A stretch of DNA of 64,000 nt from Flaccisagitta enflata. Lineage: Eukaryota. Positions 44,286-57,149 of this stretch are shown piece by piece. Within the stretch, counting starts at the first letter, position 1. Every line of letters starts with the position of its first letter. The position numbers and the translations under genes were made by a program. The notes under the pieces were generated by a model. It was not told the origin of the DNA, searched no databases, and worked only from the letters and a program-made list of their open reading frames with translations. The DNA is taken from assembly GCA_965153355.1 (NCBI GenBank), contig OZ231126.1, positions 12,462,001-12,526,000 on the forward strand, in the 5' to 3' direction.

Positions 44286-46118
44286 ATTGAAGTATTCATT
44301 GTGGAATCCCTACCTGTCAACTCCTCTCAAATCGCCCGTCAGGTCCATGTCCGTCAATTTGATTATATGGCTGATGTTGACATCTTTGAATTGCCTCGCA
44401 ATCAAGTTGAAATCCTGGCAGGCACTGACCTTGCTTATTTCTTTTCCCACTTCGAGGATCGTTATCGTGATCATTCGTCGCCGGTAGCAATCCGGAATTT
44501 ATTTGGCTGGGGAATTGCAGGACCGGTACCCCATTCCTCATCTTCTAACCTCGTCCACGCGGGCTGCGTATCCATGGAAGCTGATCCGGTGGATGCCGCC
44601 TCCTCCAAAATTGCTCCGTCTCAAGAAGACCGTCTTGAAGATGTTTGTGGTCCTCTCCAGATGACGCCTACCCCTGATGTTCCCGACAGCCCTGAAGATG
44701 CTTTCCGGGTCAAATCTCCCCAGAAACCAGGTGGGGGTACTGCTGATGATCCAGTCGTCATCCGTAAGACGGTATCGTCCTACGTCATGGGAAACGTCGG
44801 GTACCCATTCAAAAATTGGTCATTCATTTCTTCCTTGTTACTGATCTTCATGATTGCATTAATCTGTCTTGGCCAAATAGCTGATGCGCCGTTCAGTCAG
44901 AACTTAGCAGATGCCATCTCGCGCGGTGAAATGCTTGGTGATCTCAACTTGCCGGTCCATGATGGTTCGAAGTTCCTTCCTCGCTCTGAAGCTGGATTGC
45001 TGAAGCTTCTCGATGGTGATGTCGCCACGGTGGGGGTATCCAACATCCAAGAAGCCATTCAGGAAAGTTGTGTTGCTCCATATGATGTTGAAACATTACT
45101 TAGAAGCAAAAGTGATTTCATTTCTGTCAAGTGCATTGCAGCACCCATCTTTCGTTTTATTGGAGTCATCCAATCATCCTCAACAAAATTTGCTGACACT
45201 TGTTCATCTCTATCCAGTGCCTCAGAACTGCGCTTTGCCGAGAACAAAATCATCTTTGTTGGTCATTTGGAGATTCAACAGATGGCTCCACTTCCGCCCT
45301 TTCATCTCAACATCGCTCCGCGCATTGAGGATTCCGACATCGGCCTTCGTGATCCCATCCAGGTCAAGTTAAGCAGACATGCTGACATAGTTTGGACTAA
45401 CGTATTCAACTGCTTTCACATTAGAGATGCTCATTTGGAAGTTGTTAAGGATCTTGAGGCAGATATCTTTTTAGATGCACTACATCGATTCCATGTTTCT
45501 CATCCCTCTCTCAAGTGCTTCGTCAGCGATCTAGGCAACGAGGATGTCTGCATAAGGGATCACCCTTCAGGCTTCCACTTCAAGTTCGTCTCGTCTCTCA
45601 CGCCGCGTCAAGGCGGCAATTGGGAGCGGCTCGTCTCCGTCTACTTCGCATCAAGCATCGTCAATCGTCCTCCAACGCAGTCATCAAGTGCCCTGCATGA
45701 CTTCCATCTCGCTCTGACTCATTTCCTCAGCCCGAGTCCCGCTTCCATCATCCTTTCGGACATTCCTCCTGCGGCTCCGCTCACTGGTTCTGAGCTGAGA
45801 CATTCCAAAGAAACTCATCCTCACAATGGATTCCTCTTCGCCGCCACATCAAGTTCGGTGGTCTCGTCCTCATGGATCAAGCTCAAGCATGTGATCAATT
45901 GGCCTCTCGCGGTAGCTATGGACTATGGCCTTGTCTGTCTCATTCTTCTCACACCGTCAATTCAGTCTTCTGTGTGGCATCAGGAAGTTGTGATGATGGT
46001 AGTATGGAGGAGTTTGTTGATGGTGGGGGTGACGAAAGACTTGTTAGTTTCGTGTAAGTTGTCTGCCTTAGCCGGTAAAATGGCAGGAGATGCAATTCCA
46101 TGTAAGTCGTTTTGCTGA
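44286..46118 (+). CDS. pol: Continuation of the Bel/Pao polyprotein: protease C-half, RNase H relic, degenerate integrase
   Basis: VEILAGTD and PVAIRNLFGWGIAGP (protease region), NLADAISRG (NPAD..SRG relic), QQMAPLP, AHLEVVKDLEADIFLDALHRF, SDLG, GGNWERLV and WPLA (integrase region). In frame with 37726-39624 once the insert is removed. Confidence 0.85.
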   Translation: MEVFIVESLPVNSSQIARQVHVRQFDYMADVDIFELPRNQVEILAGTDLAYFFSHFEDRYRDHSSPVAIRNLFGWGIAGPVPHSSSSNLVHAGCVSMEADPVDAASSKIAPSQEDRLEDVCGPLQMTPTPDVPDSPEDAFRVKSPQKPGGGTADDPVVIRKTVSSYVMGNVGYPFKNWSFISSLLLIFMIALICLGQIADAPFSQNLADAISRGEMLGDLNLPVHDGSKFLPRSEAGLLKLLDGDVATVGVSNIQEAIQESCVAPYDVETLLRSKSDFISVKCIAAPIFRFIGVIQSSSTKFADTCSSLSSASELRFAENKIIFVGHLEIQQMAPLPPFHLNIAPRIEDSDIGLRDPIQVKLSRHADIVWTNVFNCFHIRDAHLEVVKDLEADIFLDALHRFHVSHPSLKCFVSDLGNEDVCIRDHPSGFHFKFVSSLTPRQGGNWERLVSVYFASSIVNRPPTQSSSALHDFHLALTHFLSPSPASIILSDIPPAAPLTGSELRHSKETHPHNGFLFAATSSSVVSSSWIKLKHVINWPLAVAMDYGLVCLILLTPSIQSSVWHQEVVMMVVWRSLLMVGVTKDLLVSCKLSALAGKMAGDAIPCKSFC

Positions 46119-46333
46119 GCCGGTAAAATGGCAGTAAGCGCAATTTCATCGTCATTGTTCGTATTTTAGATTTGGTATCTTGTTGAAAGCCCAACAAAAA
46201 TTAGTCATAGTTTTATGCATAACCAAACAAAAATTATTTAGTATTGTCGTTTTAGCTTGATTCTTTTTATCATCCGGCCGGTTGATTATGGTTGTTGAAT
46301 TTTATCATTTGATGATACTCTCCAAGGTGGGGG

Positions 46334-46880
46334 TGTCGCTTATTCTTGCCCTGTTTCGTACTCATCTTATGCAATCCGCGTTGCCCTTTCCCTATCTCGT
46401 TCCCCTTACGTTTTGCCCTAACTTACCCTCGTCGTTTATCGTGTCCCTTACCTCGTCCTCTGATTTGTCAACCGTTAGTCGAGTTGTTAGTCGTCACGTA
46501 TCTCGTAGACCGTGTTCTCTCATTGGCTGTCTCTTAGTTATTGTCGTAGTTGTTATCGTCATCGCTTTCGTTTAAATTTGTTCGCTCACGTTGTCGCATC
46601 GCAGTTGTCGTCCAACCCCGTCCGGAACATTGGTTAGTAATATTTGGATTATTATTGCTATTACATTTGAGTTATATTTGAATCGTATTCAATTGCATTT
46701 AAGTCGTATTTGAGTTGTGTTTAAGTTTGTCGTTTAACTTATATTTTGTCCCTCGCTTTTCTCTTTTATCAGTATTGACGATGCGTCTTCGGTTGCAAAT
46801 AAATGCCCTTTTATGATCATCAACGTCTTGGTTATTAGCTGGAAAGAATTAGTCCTACGACTGCCATTAGCTATTACGCT
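46334..46880 (+). repeat. 3' LTR, starting TGT after the PPT and lacking the last ~57 bp present in the 5' LTR
   Basis: Homology to the 5' LTR stops at ...TACGCT and is followed by TTTT(CT)n. Confidence 0.88.
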
Positions 46881-46898
46881 TTTTCTCTCTCTCTCTCT

Positions 46899-46937
<39 letters not shown>

Positions 46938-48725
46938 ATGGAAAAAAAAAAACATGAACACAATTATTTGATGACCGTCGGCCGGCCAGTCTGAAGTTCA
47001 GGCAACAATACGCAAAACAGTTGATTATGCTGTCAATAATGGATAACTTTGAATTTTCATCAAACATATGAAATGTTTTCATGGAATGTTTATCAAGAGA
47101 TTGATTCAAAAAGAGGAAAACAGTACAATAGATTGTAACAAAATTGAACAGGGAAAAAGAGAAAAGACCACCTAACGAGCAGCCATTTGCTGTATTTTTC
47201 AGAAATATGCCTATGCTAAAAAATCCTATTATGGGAGGGAAACAGTGATGCAAATTATCTGCTTACTAGAACCACCAGTTGGTGACTAAAATTCAATCAT
47301 TCATTCAAGCTGATATTTCAAGAGAAAAAAGTATGTGATAAAATGAAGAAAAAAAAATCAGCAGGGTGATGGGATGACAGCTCCTAACTTTGAGTAAACA
47401 GTAAATGTACAAAATTTGAAATTCATGAGATGCACTATCAAAACAAATATTTCCATAATGGGACAGGTGAATCTATACCCTAAAAAGAACAACGAAAACA
47501 CCAATGAATCTAAGGTCACTTACCGCGGTTTCTAATCATGATTTCATTGGTTGCTCCTCCAAGACCAAATCATGATTTCATCAATCAGGCATATAAGTAA
47601 AAGCTGATAAAATGTCCAGCAAATTATTTGATTGTCACAATACTAAATATCATTTTTTCCATAAACATTCAATTATATCTTATTCCTCAATTCAAAATAT
47701 CATCATGCGAATATCATTATCATCAATAAGCTGATTATCAAATGAAGTTTTTTTTATGATATTAAAAAATGTATATACATATATAAACATTTTAACCTTT
47801 TAAACTTGGAAAACATTCCCACTCAACCCATTTCTATGAGGTTAAATTTGTTAGGATATAACAGATAAGAAATGTCATTGATTTTTTTAAAATGGAAATT
47901 GACTTCTATAAAGTATCTAGTTAAGTACCACTAATAATAAGAAAAAAAAATAGTGATACAGTTTTTCAAAAATTCATACTATCTTTACAACCTTTAATCA
48001 TTCATCCGACAAAATCATGATTTGAAAACTTTAAAAGAAACAAAAAATCATGATTTGATAACTGGAAAGGATATAACAGATCATGGTTCTATTGCTTACA
48101 TTGCCTCCTCCATGCTAGCGAGGGAGAGTGGAACCGACAACGTCAAATTTATTTTTTGTCAAAAATCGCTTAGTTTTATATTTTTTTATGTATATGGAAC
48201 ATGAAATAATTGGTTTATGTCATATATATGATCAAATTATCCTATATCAATTACTAACTATTCATATAGATCACGGAGAGGCCAATAACTGTCGTGAAAT
48301 AGCGGTGTTCAAACAGTATATATCAGCTATGCCAATTTCATCATATTTAATTGATTATAAACAAATAAAAACGCCTCTTAATATGGCGTTATGATTTATA
48401 ACTTTTTATAGGAAAAACTTCGTAAAATTTGTGATCGAACGCCGTTGGCCGCGTCCAAATCGGCTCACCCGATCGACGCCGCCAGCCTCGCATAAGTTAA
48501 AAAAATCAATTCAGCAAAAATTCATCATGGTTGTTGTCTTGTTTCAGCGGTACAGAATTGCGGCTGTTACAAATACTGATCAAAAGAAGATTTTTCCTTC
48601 CTGCACCATTTTTTAAGATAATGATTGATAAAGTATATGTTTCAGCATATCATTCGAATCCTCTTTTCATGAAGAATATGAAAATAATAATGAATATTTT
48701 TTTCTCAAAAAGCTGTGGCTATTGT

Positions 48726-49540
48726 GACCACAGACTCGAAAACCGAGACCACAGACTCAGAAATCGCACCCACAGACCCGTAAACTACGCCCACACACTC
48801 GTAAATTACGCCCACAGACTCGTAAATTGTGCCCACAGACTCGTAAATTGCGCCCACAGACTCGTAAAATGCGCCCACAGACTCGGAAATTGTGCCCACA
48901 GACTCGGAAATTGCATCCACAGACTCAGAAATTGCACCCACAGATTTGGAAATCACCCCAACAGACTTGGAAATCGCCCCCACAGACTCAGAAATTGCCC
49001 CTACAAATTCAGAAATCGCCCCCATATAGTTGGAAATTGCCCCCACAGACTCGGAAATTGCCAACACAGACTCAGAAATTCCCCCCCCCCCACAAATGGA
49101 AATCGACAGACTCGGAAATTGCGCCCACAGACTCGGAAATTGCGCTCACAGATTCGGAAATTGCCCCCACAGACCCGGATATTGCCCCCACAGACCCGGA
49201 AATCGCCCCCACAGACTCGGAAATTAAGACCACAGACTCGGAAATTGAGACCACAGACTCGGAAATTGAGACCACAGACTCGGAAATTGAGACCACAGAC
49301 TCGGAAATTGAGACCACAGACTCGGAAATCGAGACCACAGACTCAGAAATCGAGACCAGACTGGGAAATCGATACCAGAGACTGGGAAATCGAGACCACA
49401 GACTGGGAAATTGAGACCACAGACTCGGAAATTGAAACCACAGACTCAGAAAACAAGACCACAGACTTAGAAATTGAGACCACAGACTCGGATATTGAGA
49501 CCACAGACTCGGATTTCGAGACCACAGACTCGGATATTGA
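48726..49540. repeat. 21-bp minisatellite array (CCACAGACTCGGAAAT core); residual units at ~50735-50790
   Basis: Read directly from the sequence. It translates as AHRLGNC / PQTRKLR / TTDSEIE repeats. Confidence 0.95.
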
Positions 49541-49545
49541 GTGAG

Positions 49546-49834
49546 CAAACAAGCCAGTGAATGGAGCGAGGGAGCAAAGCGAGTGTAGCAAAGCAGAACA
49601 AACATAGCGGGCATCCAGCCTGGATCCACCCAAACATGGATCGACGGATCGACCAAGCCTCTTATAGAGTTGCTTGTCCACAACTAACAAGGCATACACG
49701 GCCACCAGTTGCGGATGGGTGGGCAGGGGCGGATATGCGCGTTTTCCCACTTTTCGACCCGTGCTCACGGACCAACAGACTGACGTACAGACCAACGGAT
49801 GGACAAAGCCTCATAGAGCTGTGTGTCCGCAACT
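49546..49834 (-). mobile_element. Two adjacent HINE-like copies (49546-49685 and 49686-49834)
   Basis: Each ends in AGAGTTGC..GTCC(A/G)CAACT-type hairpins. The second is colinear with 4889-5021. Confidence 0.7.
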
Positions 49835-49860
49835 AAAAAAGATGAAATCGTGCAAGCGGC

Positions 49861-49947
<87 letters not shown>

Positions 49948-50424
49948 CTGTTGTAATTGTAACTCAGATTCCGAAATGTGACAGATGAGGGAGCAGATAA
50001 ACGGGGCATCTTCGCTTCAAAACTTCTATTGAATACTAATCCGGGGGCTGAATATTAATCTCCCGAGCTCGACCTCCGAGCTGTGATTTTGCTAAGTCCG
50101 TTGTCGATGTAAATATTAATTTGTTCCATCAACTGGCGCCGCGATGCCATGACGCCACGATGGCATCACGAGCTGGCCAGGGGAGGTAGCGTCGGCGCCA
50201 TCACGCCTCAAAGTGATATTTATCAATGTATTAATATTTCAATCGACACTTGAGTCATTTTGAATATTATCAAAATACCCAAAAATGAATTAATATTTGA
50301 ATCGACTTAAAAATTCCACTTGAGCCAAAAGGACTATTACTTTGCCAACATTCTCAACATTCACGTCAGTGGACACATTTGCTCACACACACAGTTGCAC
50401 ACACACACACACAAACACACGCAC

Positions 50425-50455
<31 letters not shown>

Positions 50456-50508
50456 TACACACACACACACACACATACACATACACACACATTCGCGTGC
50501 AAGCACTG

Positions 50509-50545
<37 letters not shown>

Positions 50546-50645
50546 AACACACACACAAACACACATACAAACACACACACAAACACACATACAAACACAC
50601 ACACAAACACACATACAAACACATACAAACACATACAAACACATA

Positions 50646-50733
<88 letters not shown>

Positions 50734-50900
50734 AAAAATTGCGACGACAGACTCGAAAACTGTAACCAAAGACTCGGAAATGACGACCACATATTATTCG
50801 CTTCCTCTTTTCATGTGGAATTTGAAAATGGGGATAATATCTTTTTTCTAACAATGCTGTTACGCCAATATTTGGAAAACACGTTTTTATGACTTATAAC

Positions 50901-51024
50901 TAGGGATGTGGAAGCGATTGACCGCTTCCGTTTTAGAGGATGGGATAGCTACTAGTATTTGTACTACAAAATGGAAGCGGAAGCGGTGGAAGCGGCACCA
51001 AAATCGACTGCTTCCACATCCTTA
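50901..51024. mobile_element. 124-bp hAT-like MITE
   Basis: TIR TA(G/A)GGATGTGGAAGC. Exact 8-bp TSD CTTATAAC (50893-50900, 51025-51032). Internal GGAAGC repeats. Confidence 0.9.
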
Positions 51025-51208
51025 CTTATAACCCCTATCAAGCTCCCCAATTACAAGTGTACTATTGTGACCTGAGTAAAAAATCATGAAAACTGACAAT
51101 GAAATTAAAGATTTCTTAACAAGGCCGGATACACGGGCCAAGATGGTGCGCCGGGCGTTATCTATTCTTAGACCTATCCCTAGCGTATTGAAACAATATT
51201 AAGTTTTT

Positions 51209-51315
51209 AGTCGCGTGCACGCGACTCTACAACCCGCTTTGTCCGTCGGTCGGTCGGTCCGTCCGTCACACTTTTTTTAATGATTTTATTTCTTGGACCT
51301 CACTGCTCCTGCCCA
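51209..51315 (+). mobile_element. 3'-truncated HINE-like element (AGTCGCG subfamily)
   Basis: TTTTT-AGTCGCGTGCACGCGACTCTACAACCCGCTTTGTC-(GTCG/GTCC)n. Reverse complement of part of 32382-32564. Confidence 0.72.
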
Positions 51316-52380
51316 TGGCCAAAATTCCTTTAGAAGACTCTTGGTGATGCCCAAAAAAAAATTGGCGGCCCTGAGAGCCTTTTTTGGGTGTCAAATAACA
51401 ATTGAGCGAAGACCGTAAAACCAAAAATCGCGAAAATGGCCAATTTTTGGGCTTTTTTCAACCTGTAACCAAAAAAAAGTTGAAATATGGCCCTGAAATT
51501 TTAAAAAGCACATTCATTAGACCCTTCTGATGCTTTTTTGTAAAAAAAATTTTGTTTTTGAAAATTTTAAGGTACCTTAATTTTGAAAAAACGGCTATTT
51601 CGCGATTTTTTAAAAGAAAAAAAATGCCGTTGCCCCCCTAAAAGTTGACCAATTTGAACAAAATTTTTACTGGAGGTACTTCACATTATGGACTACCTCC
51701 ACGTAAAAATTTCATCAAAATCGGAGCACTTTAAGTACCAAAAATTGTGAATAGAAATGAGATTTTTTCATATTTTTACGGATTTTTTTCTTGCTCACCT
51801 ATCTTTGAGCGGTCATAACTTTTGAACGGTTTGACCGATTTTGTCGCACAAAGAAAGGATGGACGCCCCTTGAAAAACTCTACATTTTGGTCACCAATTT
51901 TTCATAAATCCATCAAAAAATGACTTGGCTATAATCGTTTGAATGGAAAAGATCAGCTGACAAAACTCTACATGTGGGCTAGGGCTAAATTTGATGATGT
52001 TTGCGCCCCTTTAAGGCCAGCCAATGGGTCAAATCTTTGTTAAATAATCTTACCAAACGTATAAATATGCATTAGGACCAAAAACAAAACTTTTTGCCGA
52101 TATTTAAATTTTCACTCCCCCTGGCTATCCATGCACCTCAATGTACAATTCTAAACTGATTTCATAGTCAATATTGATAGGTGAATTCACATTTGTCCTC
52201 AAGTGATGGAGGAGGAGGTCCTCCAAAGGTCCTCCACAAATCCTCCTCCTCCTACACCCAAGAGAGAGTTGGAGGAGGGGGTGATTTGATGGGTAATGGT
52301 GACAATGGATTCAGAATTCTGCATCCATGAGGTCTGGAGGTGCTCTCGCGCCTGATCTCCTAAGGCCCACGGCCCTTAAT

Positions 52381-52687
<307 letters not shown>

Positions 52688-53643
52688 ACACCGCCCTAAT
52701 CTCACAATTAGGAGCAGGGATCAACCGACAGACAGACAAATCCAAGCCATTGACACAAAAGCACAACCTCCTGAGAAAGTTGATATGACAAAAAGAGGCG
52801 GTCTTGACAGGGAAACTTTGAAAGGGATAATCTGTTGTTCAATGTTCATGATTCAGACCACCAAGTCTTCTCTCCATCTCCTCTGCAGCGCATTTCATCT
52901 CAGGACCTCCAAAGAATGCAAGCACCCCCTTCCTATTTTCTGTCAATCTAAGGACCCCTGAAGACTCCCTCTCATCTACAAACTCAATCAGTATACCCCC
53001 AGCCAATGCAGCAACCTCCCCTTTCTTCTCTAATGTCAATTTGCATAACCCCATTGGTTGCACTCTTATTCCCTCACTCTTTTTTGCAAATCTCTCCTTT
53101 TCTACAGGGTGGATGTACTCAAACCAGGGGAATCTAGGGAAAGTAAGATAGTATCAATCCAAAATTATCAAGAGGCCGAAACAACCATATTCAGCATCAA
53201 TAAGCCAGAATGTGCGCCTGGCGTCTCAGTAAAAATTTGCTTCATTTGAATTGAATTTGAAAAGATAATATGTCCGTTTATCATTTGCATTGATATTGGT
53301 TTGCAAAAAAAATGCTGGATCTCTTCTATCAAATTCATTGATTGATTCAATCATTCTTTACTTAATTTCGAGCTTTTCTTACTTTATTTCCATTTGAAAC
53401 TGATAACGGTGTAGCGACTCTCCCTCTGCCTTACTTGCCTCCTAGGGAACACCCCCTAGTGCCTTTTGTTGATTTTCTCTTGCTGGTCCAATGCTTTTTT
53501 AAAAATTCCCGATTGGACAACATTTTTCGGGTTTCGTTAGATGTTGTTTGAATGTTGTTCAAACGTTGTTTGCGATTGTTTCATCGGCGCGTTAAACCTC
53601 GGCTTTGATCAAAATCCCAGTGAAAAGGAATTTCAAGCTTTGT

Positions 53644-53765
<122 letters not shown>

Positions 53766-54254
53766 AGGGGCAAATACATGTCAAACAATGTGGATTGGCA
53801 ACTTGTGAAATGTGTCATTTATAGATATCTACCGAGAATTTATTTTTAAATTTCTTTAATGACAATGTTCTATCTCTGTTATCTTTTAAACCGATATGAA
53901 GACCTGGGTCACACTGATATTCACGATGACTCAAAAGACCAATCCATGCAAGACTCAGCTGCTGGAAAATCGATCAATTTGCCCATTCGTTGATTTAACT
54001 GTCCTTCAATTCGTAATTTTCTCTGAGGTAGACTGTCTATTCATCGAGGACAAAACAAGATGAAATATAGTTCACTGTACAAACTACAAAAAAGATCTGA
54101 AAAAAGGTGAAACATACAGGCTTCACTGTACGACGAGTAACAGATATCTGCGGACGAGCCTGAGAAAACAAAACTCAGTAAGCCGCCGCGTTAACAAGAT
54201 TTTCATTTTGCGCAACAATTTTTCAACTTTCTCACTTTTTAACCACAACAATGG

Positions 54255-54312
<58 letters not shown>

Positions 54313-54744
54313 CTCCTCTCACGCCACCCTGGGATTATGTTCTCTTTGAAAATTTTTATTTTTTCGCATCATTGTCTATGCTCTCTGATCTTTTGTAGCA
54401 TCAGAAAAAAGGAGTGTATAAATAAAAGACAAAAAAGAAAAAAAAATGATATACACACAACAAAAAAATTTTGTTTGATTTGACGCGAAAATTTTTCATT
54501 GTTATCTGAAATGATAAAAGAAGCTGTCGAAATAAATTTGAGCTCTGTCTCTGTCTCTGTCACAGTCCAACTCTCTCTCTCTCTCTGTTTTTCTCTCTCT
54601 GTCAGTGTGTGTGAGAGAAATAGATTTTCGGCTTTCACTTCAACTCACCTTTTTTTGTACAAAGCTCTTGTAATTCCACGGCTTTTCTATTTATAGGATT
54701 AGCAAAGAGTGGCAAAGAAGAACATTTTGAAAAAAGAAAAAATA

Positions 54745-55065
54745 TGACTGTGTGGGGCTCACAGACACCAAATTGGTTGACTGTGTGGGGCTTACAGACA
54801 ACAAAATGGTTGACTGTGTGGGGCTCACAGACACCAAATTGGTTGACTGTGTGGGGCTCACAGACACCAAATTGGTTGACTGTGTGGGGCTCACAGACAA
54901 AAAAATGGTTGACTGTGTGGGGCTCACCGACAACAAAATGGTTAACTATGTGGGGCTCACGAACACCATACTGGTTGAAGATTCAGAGACCGAAGGGCGA
55001 AGGCGTGGTGGAGCCATGGAGGCGAACACCACAGACATGTGACTGTGTGGGGCCCACAGACTACA
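54745..55065. repeat. 33-bp minisatellite (TGACTGTGTGGGGCTCACAGACACCAAATTGGT), ~7 copies plus a detached unit
   Basis: Read directly from the sequence. Confidence 0.93.
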
Positions 55066-55501
55066 AACAAGTTGAAACAATCTTATGGCAATGGTAATGG
55101 CTCCAAACTCAACTTATGTAATGGATGGACGAACGAATGGGCGGACTTAGGGACCGACAGACGGATAATCTAGCTCGTAGAGTCTCGTAGCACATAACTA
55201 GAAAGAAAGTCCATGATGTATCTGAGAGCAGCGAAAAAGATTCATCCTTAGGATTGGAACACCGTCAGTCTCATCATCAACCGAAATAAAAATGAGACGA
55301 ACGGTCATTGGGGGCAACAATGCTAAATTAGCTAATTAAGAAATGTACAGCTCTTGGTTTAGGCGTAGCAAACTATCATGTTTCTCATCAGATCTTGCCT
55401 AGAATGAGTTGCACTCAATCTTCGCAAACTGGAATATTGATGCGTGGTTGTTGAGTTCTTTTTGAGAAAGAGCTTTCAGGAAATTGTACTTAAGTTGACT
55501 A

Positions 55502-56063
55502 ACAGGGTGTGCAAAAAAAAAAAAAAAAAAAAAAAAATCGCACTCGGTGTAATGCTTAAAAACCATACAAGTTAAAATTTGAACCAGAGTATCCCAGTGG
55601 GTCATATTAAAAATAGAAATCAAGAACCGCTGATACAATTTCCATACGCATCTAAAAAGGAAACAAAAAAAAAATTGATTAGATTCTATTGACAGAGCTG
55701 TGTTTACTAAAAAATTAATGCTTTAACTCCCTCAGTGACCCTTGGAGGAATTGTTTTGGAAAAAATGCATCAAGGGGAGATAGCTAGGTCAAGCAGGAGG
55801 GGTTTCAGTCAACAAAAGCATTATAACAATTTGATTTCAACAAGATATAGATATTTATTTACAGGAACAAAATCTTTTAGAGCATTCTAGCTATATCACT
55901 CTTTGTCGAAAAATGTACTCTGCTGTCTACCATACCTTCATCATTTCTTCATCTAAAGTATGAAAATAACCTAATTTTCAACTTTGAATATTAGTTTGAA
56001 AGAATTTCTCAAATTCATTTTAGAACAAATGATGAAGAGTGCGGATTTTTTTGCACACCCTGT
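55502..56063. mobile_element. Tc1/mariner-like MITE
   Basis: TIR ACAGGGTGTGCAAAAAAA...GCACTC at both ends, flanked by TA. The A-run in the left TIR is expanded. Confidence 0.85.
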
Positions 56064-56397
56064 TAGTTCTCGTCACGTTTGACACGACTGTCATCCTACT
56101 ATTAGGCGAGTAAAAGGCGAAAGGGTGGAAATAATGACAAAAGGTTAGTGACATTGATAATTGATATGCTTAAATCGGTATTCAATATTATATATCTCTT
56201 GGTAATTAGCGTCAATATCGCCGATATTATCTGTTTATCGTTGACAACTAGTTTTACTAAATTTGCATACGTTTTCTGTCACTCGTGTTTCTAATTTTTT
56301 CGGTATTTTCAAATGATTTTCCGCTATTGGATTAAAAAGCATTTGTTGAAACCATCTGGAAAATAGTGACAACCAAAGGAACACATGACAGTAATTA

Positions 56398-56436
<39 letters not shown>

Positions 56437-56601
56437 TTCATCCCCTGTCATCTGACCTTCAATCAAGGGGGGCGACGTTGTCGAAAAAGCGTCAAAAAAT
56501 AAATTAGTTTCATGCCTCGAAAAAACCACAAATGATTTAATTCTCACTTTCAGTGTGAGAAATCCAAAATTCTTTGCAGAAGCACGAAGACGATGACCTT
56601 T

Positions 56602-56702
<101 letters not shown>

Positions 56703-57149
56703 GAGCAACAGAGACAGAAAGAGAGTTTTGGTGTCTTTGACCAAAGGGAAGCCAGCAGAGTAACCGTTTGAACTTTTCCAGAGGATTTTTGGGTGTCGCC
56801 GTTTTCGAGTTCCTCCTATAAACATTTTATCGGAAGGATTAAGATCTCCTTGCCACAAATTCTTTCTTCTTTTCTACATCTCTTTTTCCTTTCCTGTCTT
56901 TTTTTTCGCTTTCTCTATTAGTTGTTCATCATTGTTATTTTTCTTTCCTTTTCTTGTATACATATGATTCTCTCATCCAGACAAGGAACATTCTTTGGGC
57001 CGCGGTGCCAATAAAGGTTGATTGCTTCGTGTCTATTTTTGTCCACGTTGGACGAAATCCGTCGCGTAGATTTATTTTTTTTTCTTGTTGTTAAAACATC
57101 AGCTAAAAAAGTTGAAAACTAGAGCGCTCATGAATGGATTTACAGAAGT

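Noticed and set aside
48531-49683. 337-aa and overlapping repeat-protein ORFs
   Set aside because: They arise from a 21-bp minisatellite open in several frames on both strands.
51317-52130. AT-rich segment resembling the interior of a DNA transposon
   Set aside because: I could not identify matching termini or a TSD.
54745-55065. CRISPR-like appearance (also considered for 62315-62630 and 23220-23900)
   Set aside because: There are no unique spacers and no cas genes, and the context is eukaryotic. These are ordinary minisatellites.
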